Source: Myxococcota bacterium (GTDB lineage Bacteria > Myxococcota_A > Polyangia > Nannocystales > Nannocystaceae). Taken from it: a stretch of 64,000 nucleotides of DNA. Within the stretch, counting starts at the first letter, position 1. The number at the start of each line of letters is the position of its first letter. The stretch lies in contig JBCCHT010000003.1 of NCBI GenBank assembly GCA_039028615.1, positions 416,001-480,000 of the forward strand, read 5' to 3'. The translations under genes were made by a program, and so were the position numbers. Below the pieces are notes generated by a model. The model did not search any database, was not told the DNA's origin, and saw only the letters and a program-made list of their open reading frames with translations. Below, piece after piece: positions 58,064 through 64,000 of this stretch.

Positions 58064-59923
58064 TCAGCGCGAGCGTGGCGGGAGGCTCTCGGCGAAAAAA
58101 TCCTCGGCGCGATTTCGCAATGCCGCGGGATCGGTGATCGGCGTGGAGCAAGAGGTCTCGGTGCACAGGTACACGGCGGGGCGGCCCGTGTCCGGGTAGC
58201 GCTCGCCGGGCAGGCTGCGCTCGACGACGGCGCGGGGCTCGGGCAGGTGAAGGGCGGCGCGGGCGAGCGACTCGGTGCGAGGGTCGTCGGGCGTGCCGAC
58301 CACGGTGATGTCGACCGTTGGCATGGTGACCGCCTCGAGGGCGAGCAGGAACCGACCGACGATCCGTCCCTCGTCCTCCATGACGTTGGCTCGGGCGACG
58401 GCAGCCAGGGCCCGCTCGGCCGAGGCGGCGTAGGGCGTCTCGAGCGTACCGTCGCCATCGAGGACGCGGTGCAGGTCGATCAAGAAGCGTGCCGCGAGCC
58501 CATTTTCCTCGACCGGCTTGCGGCGCTGAGCGAACACGCCGACCGCGGCCGGGTCCGCGGTATGAGCCCAGAAACCACCGGCCTCGGGATCCTCGAGTGA
58601 GCTGCGCATGAACACGGCGACCTCGGTCGCGGCCTCGAGCCAGCGCGACTGGCCCGTGGCTCGGAAGAGCGCGAGCAAGCCCGCGCCCATCGATGCCTGA
58701 TCACGCAGGTGCAGCAGACCCTTCGGATCGTCCTGAGCGCCGTGCATGAACGCCCCGTCCGCGGTGCGATGGGTTCGCAGCAGGTGCTCGGCCGCGCCGA
58801 CGGCCGCATCGAGGTCGGCCGCATCGCCCGTGGCGACGTACAGCTCGACCATGGAGCGGATCATCAGGCCGTTGAGATCGGCGTAGACGTTCTCGTCGAT
58901 CCGCGGCAGCCCGAGCGCGAGCCGCTGGGTCTCGTCTCGGCCGTAGTAGTCCTCGCCCAGCACGGTCGGCTCGCCGTCTCGCCGCAGGTCGGCATCCTGA
59001 CTGGTACGAAACCCACCTTCGGGGTCTCGCATGAACCGCTGCATGTAGCTCGAGACCAGGCGAGCAGGAGCGAGCCACTGCTCGTCGCCCGTGGCGCGAG
59101 CGAGCTGGGCGTAGTTCTCGATGGCGCCCGCCTGGATCGCGGTGATCTTCTCGTAGTGCGGGTGGTCCCAGTCGCCGCGCACCGAATACTGATAGATGCC
59201 GCCCCACACGGGATCGATGATCTTGCGCTCGTAGCTCAGCGTGGTCTCGGCCCGCTCGGCCCACTGCGACTCGCCGTAGATTCGGGCCCGCATCAAGGCG
59301 TGCTCGACGGGGGCGGGAAAGGGGTACTTCTGCCGCCGGCCCCAACCGCCGATCTCCGGCTCGTAATAGTCGTCGAGCTGGGCCGTGACCTCGGCCAGCA
59401 GCGGGGCGAGCTCGGAGGGGCGCGCCTTCGGAGGGTCGGGCACCAGTACTCGTTGACTCAGCCGGCCCGCGTCGCGATCGGCGATGAGCTCCCGCAGCAG
59501 CGCTTCGAACTTCTCGGCTCGCTTGTAGCCGCGCAGCGCGAGCACGGGCTGGGCATCGGGGGTGAGGAACGCGGTCGCGGGCCAGCCCCACTCGCGGTAG
59601 CGCTCGGCGATGTCGGGTCGCGCATCGGAGTCGACGCGGATGGCCACGAAGTGCTCGTCGATCAGCGCGGCGACCTCGGGGTCTTCGTAGGTCTGCTCCT
59701 CCATGACGTGACACCAGTGGCACCACGAAGCGACGACGTTGATGAGCAGGATGCGGTCGTCCTTTTGCGCGCGTTCGAAGCTGCTGGGCTCCCACGGTGC
59801 CCACTCGATCTCGGCGTGACCGGCCACGGCCTGCGGCGACGTGGTGGCGGCGGTCTCACCGTGTCCGCAGGCAGCAGTCAGCGTCAGGGCGAGCGAAGCG
59901 GCGGCGAGCACAAAGCGCATCAT
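58064..59923 (-). CDS. YyaL/SSP411 family thioredoxin + (alpha/alpha)6 domain lipoprotein
   Basis: SWCHWCHVME, RPDI, GWPATAFLTPD, DPVWGG, PHYEK, SQDAD; lipobox LTAAC. Confidence 0.9.
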   Translation of the reverse strand: MMRFVLAAASLALTLTAACGHGETAATTSPQAVAGHAEIEWAPWEPSSFERAQKDDRILLINVVASWCHWCHVMEEQTYEDPEVAALIDEHFVAIRVDSDARPDIAERYREWGWPATAFLTPDAQPVLALRGYKRAEKFEALLRELIADRDAGRLSQRVLVPDPPKARPSELAPLLAEVTAQLDDYYEPEIGGWGRRQKYPFPAPVEHALMRARIYGESQWAERAETTLSYERKIIDPVWGGIYQYSVRGDWDHPHYEKITAIQAGAIENYAQLARATGDEQWLAPARLVSSYMQRFMRDPEGGFRTSQDADLRRDGEPTVLGEDYYGRDETQRLALGLPRIDENVYADLNGLMIRSMVELYVATGDAADLDAAVGAAEHLLRTHRTADGAFMHGAQDDPKGLLHLRDQASMGAGLLALFRATGQSRWLEAATEVAVFMRSSLEDPEAGGFWAHTADPAAVGVFAQRRKPVEENGLAARFLIDLHRVLDGDGTLETPYAASAERALAAVARANVMEDEGRIVGRFLLALEAVTMPTVDITVVGTPDDPRTESLARAALHLPEPRAVVERSLPGERYPDTGRPAVYLCTETSCSTPITDPAALRNRAEDFFAESLPPRSR

Positions 59924-60056
59924 CGTGAGATCCCCCAGAGGCACAGTCCTGCCCGGTACGTGGCGCAGCTGGCGATGGATCGATCCACGTTTTCTGAACC
60001 TCGTTGGCCCAGTGCTCTGGGGCACGAAAGGTTCAGCGTGTCGACGTGGTCGGCGC

Positions 60057-60203
60057 TCAACAACCGGGAATGATGCCGAGCACGAACAGCCCCGTGACGA
60101 ACAGCGCAATGGCCAGAGTCAGCGGTAGAAAGCCCGTGGAGGCGGGTTCGCCGTCGTCTTCGTCGTCGCACTGATCGGAGTGCGAGTGCGAATGTGAACT
60201 CAT
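60057..60203 (-). CDS. Small His/Asp-rich single-TM protein (48 aa)
   Basis: MSSHSHSHSDQCDDEDDGEPASTGFLPLTLAIALFVTGLFVLGIIPGC. Confidence 0.55.
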   Translation of the reverse strand: MSSHSHSHSDQCDDEDDGEPASTGFLPLTLAIALFVTGLFVLGIIPGC

Positions 60204-60395
60204 GTGCGAATCCGGTTGCGCACCTCGGACGACCCTTCGTTTTGGGCGCCTGAAGGCAGCCCTTGAGATTACCACCCTGCGATTGGCTGGCGCAAACCGG
60301 GCTGCGACGTAGGACGCGTCACATGATTGTAGCGCTCGGTCAATGGCGAGACCCCGGTGACATCGTCTAAGGTCCGCCACGGGACCAAACGGAAA

Positions 60396-61496
60396 ATGCC
60401 GATGACGACGAGTACACAGAGTGAAGCCCCGCGTGGCTTCATCTCGACCTGGATCCTAGATTTTCACAATCGAACCGTCCTGTTCCGCATTGGCAACTGG
60501 CTGTTCACGACCTACGCCTTCTTGGCCGGTACGGCCTTCGCCATGGGCTTTGCCGTGTCGCTGTGGTTCGACGCGATGCACGGCATGAACACGGTGTACA
60601 TCGCGAAGCTCTACCTGTTCATCGCGGTGCCCTCGGTGCTCGTCGGTCTGCGGGCGTTCAGCATCATGCTGGAGTGGCGGGAGCTGTTCCGTCGGCCTTT
60701 GGCCACCTTGATCAAGCCGGGCTACATGCTGCACGGCGGCATCGCGGGCGGCACGCTCGGCTTGCTGGCGGTCAGCTACATGGCCGGGGTTCCCCTGCTC
60801 CGCATCCTCGACGCGCCCGCGTTCGCGATGCCGCTCGGCGAGGCCATCGCCCGCCTGGGCTGCTTCGTGTACGGCTGCTGCTGGGGTCGACCCACGCGAG
60901 GCAGCCTCGGTAGCCGCTTCGGCGTTCGCTATACGAGCAAGGACTCCAAGGTCCTCCGCGCCGCGCCCCACCTCGAGAACGTCAAGATCCACCCCGCGCA
61001 GCTGTACGCCCTCGTCGTGTACCTGGGGATGTTCGCGGTCTTCTACACGATCTTGCCGTACATGCCCTTCGACGGTGCGCTGACCGGTCTGTACCTCATC
61101 GGCCACTCGATCATCCGCATCAGCCTGGAGTACTTCCGTCAGGACGACCGCGGTCGCCTGTGGGGCAAGCTGACGCACACCAACCTGTACTCGGCGGTGA
61201 TGATCCTCGGCGGTGTCGCGGCGCTGACCTACGGCAGCCTCTACAGCGCCACCAGCACCCCGGACCTCGGCGTTCGCCTCGTGCACGTCTTCTTCGACGG
61301 CAACATCTTCCCCTGGATCTGCCTGTACGGCGTGGTCTTCGGCTTCGCCTACGGCGTGCACTACAAGAAGGTCGGCTCCTGGATCAGCAGCCCCAGCTCG
61401 GGCATGAGCGCCAACGTCAACGAGCTGAGCATGGGCGCCGCCTCTCGCATGGAGGCCCAGGCGCGCGACGACGAGAAGAACGAAGAAGAGAAGTAG
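60396..61496 (+). CDS. Prolipoprotein diacylglyceryl transferase (Lgt) family protein, divergent
   Basis: MLHGGIAGG, LDAPA..MPLGEAIARLGCF..GCCWGRPT, HPAQLY, RISLEYFR. Confidence 0.82.
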   Translation: MPMTTSTQSEAPRGFISTWILDFHNRTVLFRIGNWLFTTYAFLAGTAFAMGFAVSLWFDAMHGMNTVYIAKLYLFIAVPSVLVGLRAFSIMLEWRELFRRPLATLIKPGYMLHGGIAGGTLGLLAVSYMAGVPLLRILDAPAFAMPLGEAIARLGCFVYGCCWGRPTRGSLGSRFGVRYTSKDSKVLRAAPHLENVKIHPAQLYALVVYLGMFAVFYTILPYMPFDGALTGLYLIGHSIIRISLEYFRQDDRGRLWGKLTHTNLYSAVMILGGVAALTYGSLYSATSTPDLGVRLVHVFFDGNIFPWICLYGVVFGFAYGVHYKKVGSWISSPSSGMSANVNELSMGAASRMEAQARDDEKNEEEK

Positions 61497-61529
61497 CCCT
61501 TCGGCTGCTACCCCTTCGTCGGACCAAGA

Positions 61530-61561
61530 GGGTCGCGGGGCATTCGCCTCGCGGCCCTTTT
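61530..61561 (+). terminator. Rho-independent terminator
   Basis: GGGTCGCGGGGC-attc-GCCTCGCGGCCC followed by TTTT, downstream of the Lgt-family gene. Confidence 0.7.
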
Positions 61562-61724
61562 CAATTGTCCGGCGTGGCCCGGCGGTAGCTTCGTCGCCGC
61601 CGGGCTCGGCCGACTCACCTCACGTGCTTGTCGGCGAGATCACAGCGGTCCCGCTCGGAGGCCGCCCGAGGCTCTCTTCGCGTGGACACCGTTGCAGCCG
61701 CGGTGATACGCGCGTTTCATCGCG

Positions 61725-62840
61725 ATGAGCACGGACACCAGCATTCCTCGGGGCAAGGTCTTGGTGACGGGCGGCAGCGGGCACGTGGGGGCCAACCTCG
61801 TGCATGCCCTGCTCGCCGAAGGGCAGGAGGTTCGCTGCCTGGTGCTGCCGGGCGCGAGCGAGCGTGCCTTCGAAGGGCTGCCCGTGGAGCGCTTCGAGGG
61901 GGACATCCGCGACCCGCAGGCCATGCTCGCCGCGACCAAGGGCTGCGCCCGGGTCTTCCACGTGGCCGCCAAGGTCTCCACCCTCAACGCCACCGCGGGG
62001 GAGCAGCGCGAGCTGTACGAGATCAACGTGCTCGGCACCCGCAACGTGATGCGGGCCTGCCTCGAAAACGGCGTCGACCGGGCCGTGCTCACCGGGTCGT
62101 TCTCCTCGACCGGCTTCGACCTCGACGACCCTTCCAAGCCCAGCCACGAGGCGCGGCCCTTCTATCCCTTCGGGCACGTCATGCCCTACTCGCACACCAA
62201 GGCCCTGGCCGAGCACGAGACCCTCAAGTGCGTGGTCGAGGGGCTCGATGCGGTGATCGTGACCTCGTGCGCCTGCGTCGGGCCGTGGGACTACATGCCC
62301 TCGCGCATGGGTCGGACGATGATCGACTACGCCAACGGCAAGCTGCGTGCGTTCGTGCCCGGTGGCTTCGACTTCGTCAACGGCCGGGACATCGCCCAGG
62401 GACACCTGCTGGCCATGGAGCGCGGCCGGGCCGGCCAGAAGTACATCTGCAGCACGCACTTTCACACCCTCGAGGACCTGGTGGGGTTCTTCTCCGAGGT
62501 GACCGGCCTGCCTCCCGTGCGCCTACAGGTGCCGGCCAAGCTCATGGCCAAGGTGACGGGACTGTACGCGGGGTCGTTGGCCAAGCTGTTTCCCAAGCTG
62601 CCGCAGCGGCTCACGCCCGGGGCGATCGGCGTGCTGCAGATGCGGCGACACGCCGACACCAGCAAGGCGCAGCGGGAGCTGGGCTATCGACCCACCAGCA
62701 TTCGCGAGGCGGTGCGGGATGCGTTCGTGTTCTTCGCGCGTGAGGGCAAGCTGCCGCCCGAGGTTCGGGATCGAGTGTTGTCGACGCACGCCGAGGCGGC
62801 CGAAGCCGCAGGGTTGTACCGCGGCGCCCGAGTGCACTGA
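61725..62840 (+). CDS. Extended SDR (NAD-dependent epimerase/dehydratase), SdmB/HpnA-like
   Basis: VTGGSGHVGANLV, HVAAKVS, INVLGTRN, YSHTK, VGPWDYMPSRMGRTMIDYANGKLRAFVPGGFDFV, KAQRELGY.PTS. Confidence 0.88.
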   Translation: MSTDTSIPRGKVLVTGGSGHVGANLVHALLAEGQEVRCLVLPGASERAFEGLPVERFEGDIRDPQAMLAATKGCARVFHVAAKVSTLNATAGEQRELYEINVLGTRNVMRACLENGVDRAVLTGSFSSTGFDLDDPSKPSHEARPFYPFGHVMPYSHTKALAEHETLKCVVEGLDAVIVTSCACVGPWDYMPSRMGRTMIDYANGKLRAFVPGGFDFVNGRDIAQGHLLAMERGRAGQKYICSTHFHTLEDLVGFFSEVTGLPPVRLQVPAKLMAKVTGLYAGSLAKLFPKLPQRLTPGAIGVLQMRRHADTSKAQRELGYRPTSIREAVRDAFVFFAREGKLPPEVRDRVLSTHAEAAEAAGLYRGARVH

Positions 62841-62852
62841 CGTCACACCTCT

Positions 62853-64000
62853 TCAGGGGGGTGGCGGCGGAGTCGGTGCGGCCTTGCTCGGATAGGGCGT
62901 GAAGCGTTCCCGGCTGCCTCGCCGCGCGTTGAGCCGCTGCAGCTCCTCCGCGGAGTAGCCGTCCTCCGTGCCCTGTCCGACGTGGCGGCGGATGAACTGG
63001 ATGATCTCCTTGCGCGCCTTGGCGGCGATGCTCTGGCGGAGTCGCTCGAGCTCCTGCTCATCGCTGACCTTCGCCGAGCCCCGCGGGGGCGCTTCGATGC
63101 AGTCGTCCCACAGCTGAAACAGTGCCTCGCGTCGCTGCGCTGCGGGCAGGCCGGAGCGGTACCAGAGCGTCTGGAGTTCCTTGTCCAGGGCGTCCAGTCG
63201 AGCGTTGAGGCGCTCCTCGGCGTGGGTCCGGGCCATGCGGTGACGGAGCTCGGCGGTGCCCTCGAGGAAGATGAGCTTGAGGTGGGTGTTGATCTCCTGA
63301 CCCGAGCCCTTGCGGATCAGATCGTCGAGCCGCGGCAACTTGACGTAGACCATGGGACTGAGCGAGCCGATGGTCTGGCTCAGGCTCTCGATGAGGCTCT
63401 TGGCGTCGATGGGTGGGGCGTTGGCGGGGTCTTTGGCGTTGCGTACCGCGGTGCGGATCTTCTCCACCATCGGATGCCCCACCTTGAGCTGCTGGTCGCG
63501 GAAGCTCATGCGACCTTCGGCGTCGATGCGGACGACGAAGGGCAGCTCGGCCCGGCGCATGACGAACGAGCCGTCCTTGCGCTTGCGAAAGCCGGCCTCG
63601 GTCAGCGAGCGGGGCGGGCCGTCGCGACGCATCTCGATGCGGGGTCGTGGGCGCGGCGTCGGGCTCGGGCTCGGGCCGACTTCGGCTCCCGCATCGGCGC
63701 CGTCGAGCCCCGACAGGCGTGGGGTGAGCACGCGACCGCCGGATCCGTGGCCCGGGTCTCGGCTCGTACTTCGCAGGCCCAACAATGCTACGCCACCCGA
63801 GTTCGGAGGCGTGGGGGTGGTGGGCTCCGTCGGCGGGACCGGCTCAGCGGAGGGCGGCGTGGGTCTGGGCCGACGAACGGAGGGGGTCGGCGGCGGCGTG
63901 GAAGGAGGAGCGGTCGGATCGGCAGACGGCTCCGCCACGGGCTCGATGGGGTTCGGCTGCACGGGCGTCGGTGCCGGGGCGGAGGGGGGCTCCAGCGTGA
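62853..64000 (-). CDS. Hypothetical Pro-rich protein (5' end beyond the window)
   Basis: Frame stays open upstream of 63962 to the window edge; Pro-rich stalk then LFQLWDDC.E...FIRRH...YS.EEL.RLNARR...F.PY. Confidence 0.75.
   Translation of the reverse strand, partial: TLEPPSAPAPTPVQPNPIEPVAEPSADPTAPPSTPPPTPSVRRPRPTPPSAEPVPPTEPTTPTPPNSGGVALLGLRSTSRDPGHGSGGRVLTPRLSGLDGADAGAEVGPSPSPTPRPRPRIEMRRDGPPRSLTEAGFRKRKDGSFVMRRAELPFVVRIDAEGRMSFRDQQLKVGHPMVEKIRTAVRNAKDPANAPPIDAKSLIESLSQTIGSLSPMVYVKLPRLDDLIRKGSGQEINTHLKLIFLEGTAELRHRMARTHAEERLNARLDALDKELQTLWYRSGLPAAQRREALFQLWDDCIEAPPRGSAKVSDEQELERLRQSIAAKARKEIIQFIRRHVGQGTEDGYSAEELQRLNARRGSRERFTPYPSKAAPTPPPPP

Noticed and set aside
60287..60305. Possible sigma54 promoter upstream of the Lgt-like gene (TGGCGC...GC)
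   Set aside because: GG-N10-GC spacing holds but the TTGC element is missing; too weak in GC-rich DNA.

Overview
Very GC-rich, densely coding bacterial chromosomal segment. The gene content (three Hanks-type Ser/Thr kinases, many lipoproteins with Cys-rich or low-complexity domains, a myxobacterial pilin-like domain, an ASPIC/UnbV protein, a VIT-vWA protein) points to Myxococcota, probably Nannocystales-like; this is inference. The core block is rpsB-tsf-pyrH-frr, plus pcnB, a MATE transporter, an ECF42-type sigma/DGPF pair, an L,D-transpeptidase and an Lgt-family gene. I saw no rRNA, tRNA, CRISPR array, transposase or phage genes. The best candidate for an undescribed system is a TetR-controlled, translationally coupled operon: Rieske oxygenase resembling the bacterial sterol C-4 demethylase SdmA, aldehyde dehydrogenase resembling the Msc7/ALDH22 group, GMC oxidoreductase and YceI lipid-binding protein. 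An SdmB-like extended SDR lies about 8 kb away. Together they suggest an inducible methyl-sterol/triterpenoid oxidation route. Other notable items: an orphan DpnA-like DNA methyltransferase, a lipoprotein-pilin fusion, a TMTC-like glycosyltransferase cluster, a C39-like peptidase divergent from an 860-aa orphan, a radical-SAM homologue lacking its Fe-S cysteines, and two single-base frameshifts (TMTC-like gene, ParE toxin) that may be real or assembly errors. Family assignments come from motif recognition and remembered sequences, not database searches. Several start codons are best estimates.
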